A stretch of DNA of 42,079 nt from a virus (lineage: Duplodnaviria > Caudoviricetes): positions 1-42,079 of IMG/VR virus record IMGVR_UViG_3300048849_000155. The stretch is one strand, 5' to 3'. The stretch's first letter is position 1, and every line of letters begins with the position of its first letter. The notes under the pieces were generated by a model. That model worked only from the letters and a program-made list of their open reading frames with translations. It searched no databases and had not been told where the DNA came from. This document shows positions 24,986-35,407 of the stretch, one piece after another. Both the position numbers and the translations under genes were made by a program.

Positions 24986-25378
24986 ATGGGATACCGCGCC
25001 AGCGCACAGCACACGGTATCCATCGGCCAGGTCACCGACGGCATCCTCGTTCGCCTCGTGAACGGCCAGAACAAGGCCGCAGAGAAGCTCCTCGCAGACG
25101 CTTCCGTGCTCGCGCCCATGGATGACGCCGGCACCCTCGTGGCATCCGGGCATGTCGACCCCGCCACCGACGCGGATGAGGGTTCGGACGTCGTCTTCGA
25201 CACCCCGTACGCGGCCAGGTGGCATGAGGACGGGGCGCTCGTCGACTCCCTCGGCCGCCACTACTTAGGCGGGTCGAACTTCCAGAATGGTCGCCAATCC
25301 CACTACCTCACCCAGCCTGCCGAGCAGAACAAGGCCGAGTACGTGGACATCATCAGGCAGGAGGGCAACGGTGGCTGA
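24986..25378 (+). CDS. Neck protein (HK97 gp10-like)
   Basis: APMDDAGTLVASG and FDTPYAARWHE. Confidence 0.8.
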   Translation: MGYRASAQHTVSIGQVTDGILVRLVNGQNKAAEKLLADASVLAPMDDAGTLVASGHVDPATDADEGSDVVFDTPYAARWHEDGALVDSLGRHYLGGSNFQNGRQSHYLTQPAEQNKAEYVDIIRQEGNGG

Positions 25379-25808
25379 CTCCTACCCCGTCGCACTCCGC
25401 GCCGGCCTCGCCGCCGACCTCGCAGCACACGACCACGGCGTCCTCGCGAGCTCGTACACGCAGGCGTCCACGGCGACGAAGCCGGGCATCTCGAAGAACG
25501 GCCCCGACCTCCCCACCACCTACGACCGGGCGCTCGTCATCACCACCCTCACCCCGTTCGATGACGGCAGGTTCAACCGGGTCACCCCCGTACAATTCCG
25601 GCTCCGTGGCCCCGTCGGCGGCATCCGCGACGACATCGAGAACGCCATGGAAGCGATCCGCGACCTGTACGACGGACGCGAACAGTTCACCATCGGTGAC
25701 TTCACGTTCCGGATCGCCCTGCAGACCAACTCGCTGTACATCACCGCAGACGAGAAGGGCCGGCACGGGTTCTTCCAGACCGTCCACTTCCACGGCCGCA
25801 AGGTCTAG
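25371..25808 (+). CDS. Tail terminator
   Basis: VQFRLRG and DEKGRH motifs; precedes the major tail gene. Confidence 0.75.
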   Translation: MADSYPVALRAGLAADLAAHDHGVLASSYTQASTATKPGISKNGPDLPTTYDRALVITTLTPFDDGRFNRVTPVQFRLRGPVGGIRDDIENAMEAIRDLYDGREQFTIGDFTFRIALQTNSLYITADEKGRHGFFQTVHFHGRKV

Positions 25809-25867
25809 ACCTCCCGCGAGGGACCACGCCGCAACCGCGGCATCCATCACCGAACAAAGGAATCACC

Positions 25868-26626
25868 ATGGTCGACACGACCCTGTATGACGCTACGGTG
25901 CCGACCCAAGGCACCCTCGCGAACGCACACGAACTGATCCTCCGCATGAAGCGCGGAGGGGTGTTCGAGAACATCACCGGCGACATCAACAACTTCAACG
26001 ACGTCCCCACCGCCGTCACCCAGGCGCGCGAGAACTACGGGCAGAAGGGCACCCCGTCGATTGAGAAGATCGGCGACTCCTGGGTCATCACCTTCGACGT
26101 GGAACTGGTCCGCAACCCGACCACGAAGGAGGTCGCAGCCGCGCAGGCGTGGCTCGTCGAGCTCCTGAACATCGCGAAGTCGAAGGGTTCCGCGAACAAG
26201 GCGCCGTTCCAGTGGTTCGACGCGTTCTCCACCACCCTCCCCGCCTATGAGGGCAACTTCTCCGTCACCGCGGTGAAGACCTCGTCCGGGTACGCCGACA
26301 AACGCGCCTACACGGTCACCCTCACCTCGGATGGGGTCGTCACCGACATCACATCGCCGATCGCCGGCACCGGTGTTCCGATCCTCGAGTCGGCGCTGCC
26401 CACCGCGCAGGTCGCGTCGAAGAACATCGTCGTCAAGGGCTACAACCTCGGCAACATCACGGCGGCGACCGTCGGCGGTGTCGCGGTGGCGAGCATCACC
26501 AACGTACCGAACACCTCGAACTACGTCGTCCTCGAGATGCCCGCCGGATCGGCAGGTCCCGCAGCGATCCTGCTCACCAACGACAAGGGAATCTCCACTT
26601 CCCTGCCGTACAACCGCGGCGCCTAG
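25868..26626 (+). CDS. Major tail (tube) protein with C-terminal Ig-like (IPT/TIG) domain
   Basis: Position; C-terminal VVKGYNLGNITAATVGG...MPAGSAGPAAILLTN. Confidence 0.85.
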   Translation: MVDTTLYDATVPTQGTLANAHELILRMKRGGVFENITGDINNFNDVPTAVTQARENYGQKGTPSIEKIGDSWVITFDVELVRNPTTKEVAAAQAWLVELLNIAKSKGSANKAPFQWFDAFSTTLPAYEGNFSVTAVKTSSGYADKRAYTVTLTSDGVVTDITSPIAGTGVPILESALPTAQVASKNIVVKGYNLGNITAATVGGVAVASITNVPNTSNYVVLEMPAGSAGPAAILLTNDKGISTSLPYNRGA

Positions 26627-26640
26627 GAGGCATCGAACAC

Positions 26641-27210
26641 ATGATTTCCGCAGCGCAGCAGGGGCGCAATCTGGCAATCACCGTGGAGGGGATCGACGAC
26701 CCGTTCGTCATCGCTCCCCTCCCCGGCCGGCAGGGGCAAGTCCTCACCGACATGTACCTCCGCACCATGACCCGCGACCTCGACGCGACCACGATGCAAG
26801 AGGTCATGTTCATCGCCATCGACGGCGGCAACTGGGACGCAGACGGGAACCTCGTCTCGAAGCCCGACGCCGAGCGTCCCGTGTGGGCTCGCATGGCGGA
26901 CACCGCATCGCTCGGAGAAGCGCAGGACGTCATGCACGCCGCGTTTTTCTGGCAGACCGTCCTCTCCACCGATGGCGTCAACACCTACATCAAGGCGGGT
27001 GGAGGCATGGCTGGCGGGGTAAAAGCCCTCTGGGCGCTGGCGTCGACTTTGGGAATCTCACCCTCGACGACATCGCCCAATTTGGCGTTGGAGATGTTGA
27101 TCCGGTTACAGGAGGGTACGTCGCCTACGTCTACCCCCAGTGGTGGAAAGACGCTCGCGAAGCTGCCCGACAGCAAGAAGTCGCACCGAAAGAGCACGAA
27201 GAAGGCCTGA
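26641..27210 (+). CDS. Tail assembly chaperone (gpG-like)
   Basis: Between major tail and tape measure genes; AGGAGG RBS. Confidence 0.8.
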   Translation: MISAAQQGRNLAITVEGIDDPFVIAPLPGRQGQVLTDMYLRTMTRDLDATTMQEVMFIAIDGGNWDADGNLVSKPDAERPVWARMADTASLGEAQDVMHAAFFWQTVLSTDGVNTYIKAGGGMAGGVKALWALASTLGISPSTTSPNLALEMLIRLQEGTSPTSTPSGGKTLAKLPDSKKSHRKSTKKA

Positions 27211-27473
27211 CCGTCACGGCGAACGAACTGTGGCTCACCGCCTTCCCGCAACTGAACGGCGAGATCGAACTCGACCTCGCACAGAACCACCTCATCCCGG
27301 ACCTAGACCGGGCGCTCGACACACGCACCTGGCACTACGTCCGGTCGGCCGTCGAACGGCTCCTCGACATCGAATCCTCATGGCTCAGGAAGGCGGTGTC
27401 GCGTGAACGCAGGCGCAATCGTCTACCAGATCCTCATGCAGGGCGCGGCGGTATTCAAGAAGGACTCCGCTGA
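27018..27473 (+). CDS. Tail assembly chaperone frameshift extension (gpT-like, -1 frame)
   Basis: Protein-like -1 frame GKSPLGAGVDFGNL...IELDLAQ..DLD..LDTRTWHYVR...SSWLRKA with no evident RBS/start; candidate slip site GGGGTAAAAG at 27016-27025. Confidence 0.7.
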   Translation, partial: GKSPLGAGVDFGNLTLDDIAQFGVGDVDPVTGGYVAYVYPQWWKDAREAARQQEVAPKEHEEGLTVTANELWLTAFPQLNGEIELDLAQNHLIPDLDRALDTRTWHYVRSAVERLLDIESSWLRKAVSRERRRNRLPDPHAGRGGIQEGLR

Positions 27474-30327
27474 CGCCGAGCAGGCGATCAAGAAGCTTGG
27501 TGCTGAGGCTGATGCGTCGGCGAAGAAGGTCTCTGCTGAGGGGACCGAACTCGACACGACGGGGCAGAAAGCTCGGAAGGCGAAAGCACCGCTCGAGGAT
27601 GCCGCGAAGGCGTCGAAGAAGGTCGGCGATGAGTCAAACGAGGCCGCACCGAAGGTCAAGTCTCTGGGTCAAGAGTTCACCCAGATGGACGCGAAGACGC
27701 AGCAGGCGGCCCGCACCGTCGGTACGGCGATGCTGTCCGTCGGCACTGCCATTGCTCTCGTCGGTGGTCTCGCTGTAGCGAAGTTCGCTGAGTTCGAGGT
27801 TGCGACTGACAAGACGGCTGCAGCGGCGAACGCCTCCGCCTCGGAGAACCGCGACCTCGCAGCTTCAGCGCTCGAGCTCGGTGCTGCGTCGCAGTACAGC
27901 GCGTCGCAGGCCGCCGCCGGGCAGACGGAACTGATCAAAGCGGGGGTCTCGGTCAAGGACGTCCTCGGTGGCGGTCTGGCGGGCTCGCTCTCCCTCGCTG
28001 CAGCCGGTGAACTGGAGGTCGCGCGCGCGGCAGAAATCGCGGCCACGACCCTGTCAGTGTTCAAGCTCCAGGGCAAAGACGCAGGCCACGTCGCCGACCT
28101 CCTCGCCGCCGGCGCGGGCAAGGCGCAAGGCTCCGTAGATGACCTTTCCCTGGCGCTCGGCTACGTCGGGCCCACGTTTGCGCGCCTGAACATCCCACTC
28201 GAAGACACCGTCGGAACCCTCGCGCTGCTGGCCGCCAACGGCATCCTCGGAGAGAAGGCCGGAACCGGTCTCCGCTCCACAATTGCGTCCCTCACCTCCC
28301 CCGTCGCGAAGGGCTCGGAGGTGATGAAGCAGTACGGCATTGACGTCTTCGACGCGCAGGGTAACTTCATCGGCTTGCAGGGCGCCGCTGAGGAACTCAA
28401 GCAGGGGCTCGGTGGACTGGACGAGGAGCAGCGCTCGGCGGCGCTCGGCGCCATCTTCGGGGCTGAAGCGGCCAACACTGCGGGCACCCTGTACGAGGCC
28501 GGCGCGGAAGGCGTCGCAGCGTGGACAGACAAGGTCAACGAGTCCGGGTATGCGCAGCGCCAGGCGTTCGAGATGACCGACAACCTCACTGGTGACATCG
28601 AGCGTCTCGGCGGCTCCTTCGACTCGGCCCTCATCGGCACCGGTGCGGCCGCCAACGACGTGCTGCGCGACATGGTGCAGATCGTCACATCCCTCGTCGA
28701 CTGGTACGGCAACCTGCCCGAACCTGTGCAGGCCACAACCCTGTACCTCGGTCTCGGCGCGGCCGCAGTGCTCCTCCTCGGCGGAGCGTTGCTGCTCGCA
28801 ATCCCGAAGATCGCCGAGTTCCGGCTGGCGCTGTCCACCCTCAACACGGAGATGCCGAAGACCGCATCTGCAGCGAAGGGTGTGACCGGGTTCCTGTTCG
28901 GACCCTGGGGTCTTGCACTCACCGCCGCCATCGCAATACTCGGCGCTTTCGGTTCGGCGCAGGCCGAGAATGCAGCCAAGGTCGAGCAGTTCTCCTCCAC
29001 CCTCGACACCCAGTCGAACAAGGTCACCGACTCGACCCGAGAGATGATCAAGGCGAACCTCGCCGCGAAGCAGTCGTTCTGGTTCATCGAGTCCGACTCC
29101 GCATATGACGCGGCGAAGAAGCTCGGCATCGGCCTCGACATCGTCACCGACGCGGCCATGGGCAACGTGGGTTCCATGAAGCAGCTGAACAGCGAACTCG
29201 AGCTCGGTGAGGTCGGCTCGGCGAAGCTGAAGCAGCAGATGGACGACTCTGGTCTGTCCGCATCGGATCTCGCTGTGGCCTACGCCACGGTGAAGGACGC
29301 TGTCGCAGGAGAGTCGTCGAGCCTCGAAGAAGCCATCCGTGTTGCGGAGCAGAAGAACTCGGTCGACAGCGACACCGTCGACAGCACCGGGACCACCGCT
29401 GACGCCTACCAGGCTGCCGCGGACAGTGCGGGCAGCCTCCTCGACAACCTCACGCAGTTGCTCGACACCATCAACGAGGCCAACGGCATCAACCAGGACG
29501 CCGTCTCCGCGAATGTCGACTACCAGCAGTCCATCGCTGACATCGACGGGGCGATTCAGAAGGCCCGTGAAGGGCAGGAGGGGTACAGCCTCACACTCGA
29601 TCAGACGACGCAAGCCGGGCGAGACAACAACAATCTGCTCCTCGACCTCGCCAAGTCGGGTCGTGAGGCTGCGGACGCCACGTTCGCTGCGGACGGCAAC
29701 ACCCAGAACTACAAGTCCGCGCTGGATGCCAGCCGGCAGGCCGTTTACCAGCGTGCACTCGACCTCACTGGGAACGCGGACGCGGCGGCGGCCATCGCCG
29801 ACAACATCGCGCGCATCCCCACCGAGTCGGAGTGGAAGGTCATTGCCGAGACGGCTGACGCCACCCGGCAGATCAACGAGTGGGTGTCGATCCAGAACGG
29901 CAAGCAGGTCCACATCGCTGTCGGTCTCGGCGGCGCTGGTGGCCTCACACAGGCTGACGGTGGCGTCGTCGACTACTACGCCAACGGTGGTGTGCGCGAG
30001 AACCATGTCGCGCAGATCGCCGCTGCCGGTTCATACCGAGTATGGGCGGAGTCGGAGACCGGTGGCGAAGGGTATGTGCCGCTCGCTCTGTCGAAGCGTG
30101 CTCGTTCTGAAGAGATCATGGCTGTCATCGCGAACCGGTTCGGCGGCCAGTACATACCCGGCGGACAAGCGTTTGCTGACGGCGGGTTCTCGGGTACGTA
30201 CGTCGTCCCGCAGACAGGCGGCGGGCGCACGACGAACGTGACCATCCATGTGTACCCGTCCGCCGGAATGAACGAGAAAGAGTTCGCTGACAAAGTCGCG
30301 GACGCATTCAGAGGGGCTGTCCGATGA
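27403..30327 (+). CDS. Tape measure protein (TP901 family)
   Basis: 974 aa, Ala-rich; YSASQAA.G..EL.KAG, HVADLLAAGAGK, GEKAGTGLR, DNLTGDIERLGGS; C-terminal WAESETGGEGYVPL. Confidence 0.95.
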   Translation: MNAGAIVYQILMQGAAVFKKDSADAEQAIKKLGAEADASAKKVSAEGTELDTTGQKARKAKAPLEDAAKASKKVGDESNEAAPKVKSLGQEFTQMDAKTQQAARTVGTAMLSVGTAIALVGGLAVAKFAEFEVATDKTAAAANASASENRDLAASALELGAASQYSASQAAAGQTELIKAGVSVKDVLGGGLAGSLSLAAAGELEVARAAEIAATTLSVFKLQGKDAGHVADLLAAGAGKAQGSVDDLSLALGYVGPTFARLNIPLEDTVGTLALLAANGILGEKAGTGLRSTIASLTSPVAKGSEVMKQYGIDVFDAQGNFIGLQGAAEELKQGLGGLDEEQRSAALGAIFGAEAANTAGTLYEAGAEGVAAWTDKVNESGYAQRQAFEMTDNLTGDIERLGGSFDSALIGTGAAANDVLRDMVQIVTSLVDWYGNLPEPVQATTLYLGLGAAAVLLLGGALLLAIPKIAEFRLALSTLNTEMPKTASAAKGVTGFLFGPWGLALTAAIAILGAFGSAQAENAAKVEQFSSTLDTQSNKVTDSTREMIKANLAAKQSFWFIESDSAYDAAKKLGIGLDIVTDAAMGNVGSMKQLNSELELGEVGSAKLKQQMDDSGLSASDLAVAYATVKDAVAGESSSLEEAIRVAEQKNSVDSDTVDSTGTTADAYQAAADSAGSLLDNLTQLLDTINEANGINQDAVSANVDYQQSIADIDGAIQKAREGQEGYSLTLDQTTQAGRDNNNLLLDLAKSGREAADATFAADGNTQNYKSALDASRQAVYQRALDLTGNADAAAAIADNIARIPTESEWKVIAETADATRQINEWVSIQNGKQVHIAVGLGGAGGLTQADGGVVDYYANGGVRENHVAQIAAAGSYRVWAESETGGEGYVPLALSKRARSEEIMAVIANRFGGQYIPGGQAFADGGFSGTYVVPQTGGGRTTNVTIHVYPSAGMNEKEFADKVADAFRGAVR

Positions 30328-31172
30328 TCCAAGTCGACCTCCCCGGGCTGACCATCACGAATGAGCTCGGGCAGACCGGGCCAGCGCTCCGAGACATCCG
30401 GAACTGGTTCGATTCGCCCGAGCCTCGGGTTGACAGCGACGATCGGTCTAACGGGGACGGGTCATTCGATGAAGGACCCACGATGTGGCGGGCACGCTAC
30501 CCGACAATCCTCGGCGAGATCGTGTCGAACGACCCGGAAGCGGTCCTCGATCTGCACGGGACGGTGATGGATATCTTCGCGAACCGGGAGCAGTTCCCAG
30601 TCACGGTGACCACATCTCGCGGGGCGCTGACATGCATGGTCCGTCCGGGCGGGAAGTTCGAGTACCCGATCGAGCACGAAGCCGGCATCGCCCTCTTCAC
30701 CATTCCGCTGATAGCCGCCGACCCCATCAAGTACGGCGCCGTGGTCACCAGCGATACCGGGCTACCGTCGGCAGGTGGCGGACTCATTTTCAACGCCCCG
30801 TCGAACACGGATGGCACCTTTGACTTCGGCGCCCCCGCCGACCTCGGTCGCATCACCCTTACGAACGACGGCAACGCCGACACCTGGCCCATTTTCACAG
30901 TTACCGGATACCTCGAGCAGGGGTTCTTCCTCAACTGTCTCGAAACCGGGCAGTACCTCCGCTTTGACCGGGTAGTCCCTGCCGGTTCGACGGTGACCAT
31001 CAATTCGAAGACGTGGGAAGTGCTCATCGACGGCGAATCCCCGTGGATTCTCACCCGCGACGACTTCTTCCCTGTGCCGGCGAAGTCCACCCGGACCGTC
31101 CAGTTCAACGCCATCTCGTCCGGCGATTCCAACGCCCATCTGACTGCGCTCGTCGCGTCCGGCAACTTGTAG
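30324..31172 (+). CDS. Distal tail protein (Dit)
   Basis: First gene after the tape measure; LIAADPIKYG and ITLTNDGNADTWP. Confidence 0.85.
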   Translation: MIQVDLPGLTITNELGQTGPALRDIRNWFDSPEPRVDSDDRSNGDGSFDEGPTMWRARYPTILGEIVSNDPEAVLDLHGTVMDIFANREQFPVTVTTSRGALTCMVRPGGKFEYPIEHEAGIALFTIPLIAADPIKYGAVVTSDTGLPSAGGGLIFNAPSNTDGTFDFGAPADLGRITLTNDGNADTWPIFTVTGYLEQGFFLNCLETGQYLRFDRVVPAGSTVTINSKTWEVLIDGESPWILTRDDFFPVPAKSTRTVQFNAISSGDSNAHLTALVASGNL

Positions 31173-31180
31173 GAGACACC

Positions 31181-32257
31181 ATGACTGTTCGACACGGAAC
31201 GTGGGTATCGCAGGCGACAGCCGGCGTCGGCGTCACCTCCCCATTGGAAGCGCGTCTCGCTTTGGCAGCGCAGCTCGTCAAGGACGCATCCGGCAAGGCC
31301 CGCCAAGGTGCGTTCTACGACGGGATCACGAACTTCGTCACTGGAGGCGCGACGATGATCTACAACGTCTCCCGCATCGCCATCGCACAGGTCCGTTCCG
31401 CCGCGGACGGCGCGTGTCTCTTCGTGAATGACGGCCCGATCACGGTCTCCGTGAACGATGTAGGTGGCAGTCTGACAGCGCCCGGCGCCAACTCGCGCAT
31501 CGACATCATCTACGGGTGGCAGCGCGACTTCGCCCTCGACGGAACGAACAGCGACGCCCTAGTCGCCGTCAAGTCGGGTACTGCCGCGGTCTCTCCTGTC
31601 GCCCCAGTTCTCCCCGTGGGGGCTGTGGAGATCGCACGTGCCACGGTCGGCGCAGGAATCACAGCAACGACGTCGGCGACGATCACGAACACCATCCCGT
31701 TCACCGCGGCCGCGGGCGCGACGGTCGTGGCCCGCAACCTGGCCGAGCTCGGCCTCGCATCGGGGTGGAACGACGGCGTCGAGGTTCTTCTGATGGATTC
31801 CGGCATGTCGCTCCTGCACGCGGCGGGCGGGTGGGTTCCTTCTCGTCCGAACACGACGGGCGCCAACCGTTTGTTCGGGGCACAGAACCAATTCACGAAT
31901 GCGGGCGGGTACGCGTCGTTCCCTGTATCGGCAGACGCGACCGCGCTACAGACCAGCTTCACGAAGTACGGAGCAGCAACGCGCCTCCGGGTGCGACTAT
32001 TCGCGACGGGTCAGTTCAGTGCTGGCGTTGGCCAGAACGCATTTCTTGGCCTCCGTATCGGGACCACCGACTACGACATCGCTCGTCGGTTTTTCCTCGA
32101 GGGGGCGAACCGGCAGAACTTCGCAGGAGAAGTGTTTTTGTCCGGGATCGCGGCGGGCACGGTCAACGTTCTCCCGCGATTCCGAATGAGCGCTGCATCT
32201 GTTTTCACGTTCTACGCAGACGACTACCTCTCCTACTCCGTCGAGGAGGTGTCGTGA
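31181..32257 (+). CDS. Minor tail protein / receptor-binding candidate
   Basis: APGANSRIDIIY, GTAAVSPVAP.LP.GA.EIA; beta-sandwich-like C-terminus. Confidence 0.8.
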   Translation: MTVRHGTWVSQATAGVGVTSPLEARLALAAQLVKDASGKARQGAFYDGITNFVTGGATMIYNVSRIAIAQVRSAADGACLFVNDGPITVSVNDVGGSLTAPGANSRIDIIYGWQRDFALDGTNSDALVAVKSGTAAVSPVAPVLPVGAVEIARATVGAGITATTSATITNTIPFTAAAGATVVARNLAELGLASGWNDGVEVLLMDSGMSLLHAAGGWVPSRPNTTGANRLFGAQNQFTNAGGYASFPVSADATALQTSFTKYGAATRLRVRLFATGQFSAGVGQNAFLGLRIGTTDYDIARRFFLEGANRQNFAGEVFLSGIAAGTVNVLPRFRMSAASVFTFYADDYLSYSVEEVS

Positions 32258-33420
32258 CCCGGTACTTGATCGGGGATCTTTTGACCGGGCGGCGCATCCA
32301 GACCCTCAACGACGTGCTGGAGGGACCGTGGGACATCACCCTGAACGATGACGACTCGGTCAAGGTGAAGGTTCCGCTGCGCAACGCGGAGAACGCGCGC
32401 CTCCGCCTCCGGTCATCGGCTGCGCCCGGGAAGTCGTTCCTGTGCGCAGTGGAGGGCGACCAGATCATGGCTGGCGGCCCGGTCTGGTTTCACGACTGGG
32501 ACGACGATTCCCATCACCTCACGATCACGGCGGGCGGAATGTGGTCGTATTTCGATCACAGGGTCCTACTCCCCGTGCTCGCGGGCCGTTCCCCTGCCGA
32601 CCAGAGCACCGACACCCGATTCATGCCCGTCCTCGCACCGGGCGACGACGTCGACTACCCGTGGCCGATCGATACCCGGAAGTCGTTGCAGGGCATCGCA
32701 CGGTTCATCGTCCAGCAGGCCCAGCAGCACACCGGCGGCAATGTTCCCGTCATTCTCCCTGCCGAGATCGCAGGCACGAACGAGCGGGACTACAGAGGGT
32801 CTGACCTTGCCTTCGTCGGTGACCGTCTGCGGCAACTCCGCGACGTCCTCGACGGCCCCGACATCCAGTTCGTGCCCCGATTCACGGAAGATCGTCTCGG
32901 TGTGGAGTGGGTGCTGCGCTTGGGTACGCCGACGCAGCCGCTGCTCTTCTCAGCGCAGGAACCGGTGTTTCAGTACTCGGCCGCCGAGTCCAGCGTCTCC
33001 GGGTTGCAGGGCAAGATCGACGGACGGTTCCTCGCGGAGCGCGCGTTCTCGTCTGGTGGGAAGCAGGCCGACAAGGTGCTCATCTCGACGTCGACCGATA
33101 CGACACTTCACGCGCAGGGCTTTCCCCTGCTCGAAGACGTCGATTCGAAGCACTCCTCCGTGTCGAACCTCTCCACCTTGCAGGGCTACTCCGACGAGAT
33201 GGTGCTGGCGGGCAAGTCGGTGTCCGAAGTGATGACGTTCGACCACCAGGCGCACCGCACACCGAAGCTCGGCTCGTTCACGGTCGGCGACTTCGCCCGC
33301 GTGGCGATCAAAAACCACGCCTACTACGACGACGGGAATCACCGCATGCGCATCGCACGAATCTCCGGCGACGAGAAGGGCAAGAAGCTTGGGATCACCT
33401 GTCTGCCGGAGGTGAAGTAG
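32254..33420 (+). CDS. Minor tail protein (Tal/baseplate hub-like)
   Basis: YLIGDLLTGR, AGGPVW, DGPDIQFVPR, GFPLLE, GDFARV. Confidence 0.8.
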   Translation: MTRYLIGDLLTGRRIQTLNDVLEGPWDITLNDDDSVKVKVPLRNAENARLRLRSSAAPGKSFLCAVEGDQIMAGGPVWFHDWDDDSHHLTITAGGMWSYFDHRVLLPVLAGRSPADQSTDTRFMPVLAPGDDVDYPWPIDTRKSLQGIARFIVQQAQQHTGGNVPVILPAEIAGTNERDYRGSDLAFVGDRLRQLRDVLDGPDIQFVPRFTEDRLGVEWVLRLGTPTQPLLFSAQEPVFQYSAAESSVSGLQGKIDGRFLAERAFSSGGKQADKVLISTSTDTTLHAQGFPLLEDVDSKHSSVSNLSTLQGYSDEMVLAGKSVSEVMTFDHQAHRTPKLGSFTVGDFARVAIKNHAYYDDGNHRMRIARISGDEKGKKLGITCLPEVK

Positions 33421-34257
33421 ATGGCCGGCGGCTACGATCCCGGGCCCCGTGACCCCTTCGATGATGTCCGCGCCACCACCCGCGACTTCAAGCGGAGACT
33501 CGGAGAGCTCGCCGCCCCAACGGGGACGCAGATCGCCGAACTCGTCGCTGAGGTTCGAGAACGCCTCGGGCAAATCCCTACAGAAGTCGCGAACGCAGTG
33601 ACAGCGCTGGGCCTGTACACACCGGCGCAGGTTGACAACCTCATCGCGAATCCGCCCGCCGGGTCTGCGGTGACGGGTCCGATCTCAGCCACCGGATCAG
33701 TGAGCGCCGGAACCGATGTCAGCGCAGGAGGAAGCGTCACGGCCGGTGGCGACATCACCGCATCGGGCCGAGTCACATCTGGTGCCGCGTTCCGTTCCTC
33801 AGGCTCGCGAGCCTATATCTGTGTCTCCGGCTATGCCGGCGGTTGGATCGACGGTGATGGAACGTTCGGCATCTCACCGTCCTCGATCCGATTCAAGATC
33901 GACATCGAGGAGTGGCTTCCCGATATTGCGCGACTGCTCCTGCTGCGCGCGGTGCTTTTCCGCTACGACCCAGCCGTGCTCGCTGGCGCCAAGGCCGACG
34001 CCCCGCGGCAACTCGGGTTCATTGCCGAGGAGCTCGAGGCGCTCGGGTTCCCTGAGTTCGTCTTTTACGACGACGGCGAGTGGGAATGGGTGCCCGACCC
34101 CGAGGACGAGCACGACGGCGAGTACATCCTCGTCGGTCCTCCTCGCATTCAGGGCATCAACTACGACCGCATCGTTGTAGCCCTGCTGCGTCTCCACCAG
34201 CACCAGCAGACACAGATCGATTCGCTTGCCGCTCGCCTTGACGCGGCTGGCCTCTAA
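33421..34257 (+). CDS. Tail fibre-domain protein with C-terminal intramolecular chaperone (peptidase S74-like)
   Basis: SSIRFKIDI, LGFIAEE, GINYDRIVVALL and a terminal coiled coil. Confidence 0.85.
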   Translation: MAGGYDPGPRDPFDDVRATTRDFKRRLGELAAPTGTQIAELVAEVRERLGQIPTEVANAVTALGLYTPAQVDNLIANPPAGSAVTGPISATGSVSAGTDVSAGGSVTAGGDITASGRVTSGAAFRSSGSRAYICVSGYAGGWIDGDGTFGISPSSIRFKIDIEEWLPDIARLLLLRAVLFRYDPAVLAGAKADAPRQLGFIAEELEALGFPEFVFYDDGEWEWVPDPEDEHDGEYILVGPPRIQGINYDRIVVALLRLHQHQQTQIDSLAARLDAAGL

Positions 34258-34271
34258 CGAAGGAGCCTGAC

Positions 34272-35045
34272 ATGGCAATCGGATATTGGGGGTACCCCAA
34301 CGGGTACATCCCCGAGGCGGCGATGGAGTGGGCGGCGGGCGTTCTGCTCGAACCCAACGTGGCCGCCCAAGTGCGAGCGGCGCAGAAGCGCATGCTCAAA
34401 CGCGGCGTCGACTGGACTGCCGGGGAGGGCTACCGCGACTTCGCGGGGCAGGTGTTCCAGAAGCAGCGATGGACCGCCCTCGGGCAGCCCGGCAACGCGG
34501 CCACCCCCGGCACATCGTCGCACGGTCTCGCGCAGGCCCTCGACTGGAACCGCGAAGCCTACACCGACGCCGAGAACCAGATCATCAGCGAAGAGCTCGA
34601 GCGCATGGGCCTCATCCAGAACATCTCCAACGAGTCGTGGCACCGCGCGAACGTCGGAGCGATCACGGCCTCACTCGAGGTCGAAGACATCATCATCCCC
34701 GAAGAACCGGAAAGCGAGCTCGACATGAAAACATCCTGGATCGAAGGACGAGGCGCAGTCCTCATGACCGACGGCGGCTACACCGGCCTCAACGACGAAG
34801 AGTGGGGCCTGTTCAAGCGCCTCGAGAAGTCGAAGCCCGGCGAGGTGGAGGTGTTCAACAACCTCCAGATGGACATGATGCAGAACTGCGTGCGTCGTGC
34901 CCGCGGCGCTGAGTTCGAGCCGTTCGACTACAACCGTGTGGCTGCCGCGATCGTCGCGAAGCTCCCGGCGCAGTCGATCGCGTTCACGAAGGAAGAACTC
35001 GCGAAGACCCTGCTCGATACCCAGGCCGAACGTCTCCGCGCGTAA
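34272..35045 (+). CDS. Endolysin, M15 (VanY-like) Zn peptidase
   Basis: NGYIP, EGYRD...Q, ATPGTSSHGLAQALD (SxHxxxxAxD) and ESWH. Confidence 0.9.
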   Translation: MAIGYWGYPNGYIPEAAMEWAAGVLLEPNVAAQVRAAQKRMLKRGVDWTAGEGYRDFAGQVFQKQRWTALGQPGNAATPGTSSHGLAQALDWNREAYTDAENQIISEELERMGLIQNISNESWHRANVGAITASLEVEDIIIPEEPESELDMKTSWIEGRGAVLMTDGGYTGLNDEEWGLFKRLEKSKPGEVEVFNNLQMDMMQNCVRRARGAEFEPFDYNRVAAAIVAKLPAQSIAFTKEELAKTLLDTQAERLRA

Positions 35046-35077
35046 CCGTCCCTCCTCACCCCTGAGAGGGGCACCAT

Positions 35078-35407
35078 ATGGCCGAAGGCGACGACTGGAC
35101 CCCCGGGGAACAGAAACGCACCCTGCAACGCATCGAGAAGAAGGTCGACGACATACCGAAGGCTTTCGTCTCGGTGGAGTTGTACGCCGCCGACAAGAAG
35201 GCTGGCGCTGACCGCGAAGCAACACTCATCGAGCGCGTCGCGAAGGTCGAATCGAACGCTGAAAAGTCCGAAGAGAAAGCCGCCACAGCGGAAAGAGCCA
35301 CCGAGGACCAGAAGAACCGGAACCGCTTGTTCGTGTACGGAATCTTCGCGGGCCCGGTAGTCGGCGCCATTGTCGGCTTCATGCTGTCAGGAGCGATGAC
35401 ACGATGA
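35078..35407 (+). CDS. Lysis-cassette membrane protein (coiled coil plus C-terminal TM)
   Basis: C-terminal LFVYGIFAGPVVGAIVGFML. Confidence 0.8.
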   Translation: MAEGDDWTPGEQKRTLQRIEKKVDDIPKAFVSVELYAADKKAGADREATLIERVAKVESNAEKSEEKAATAERATEDQKNRNRLFVYGIFAGPVVGAIVGFMLSGAMTR

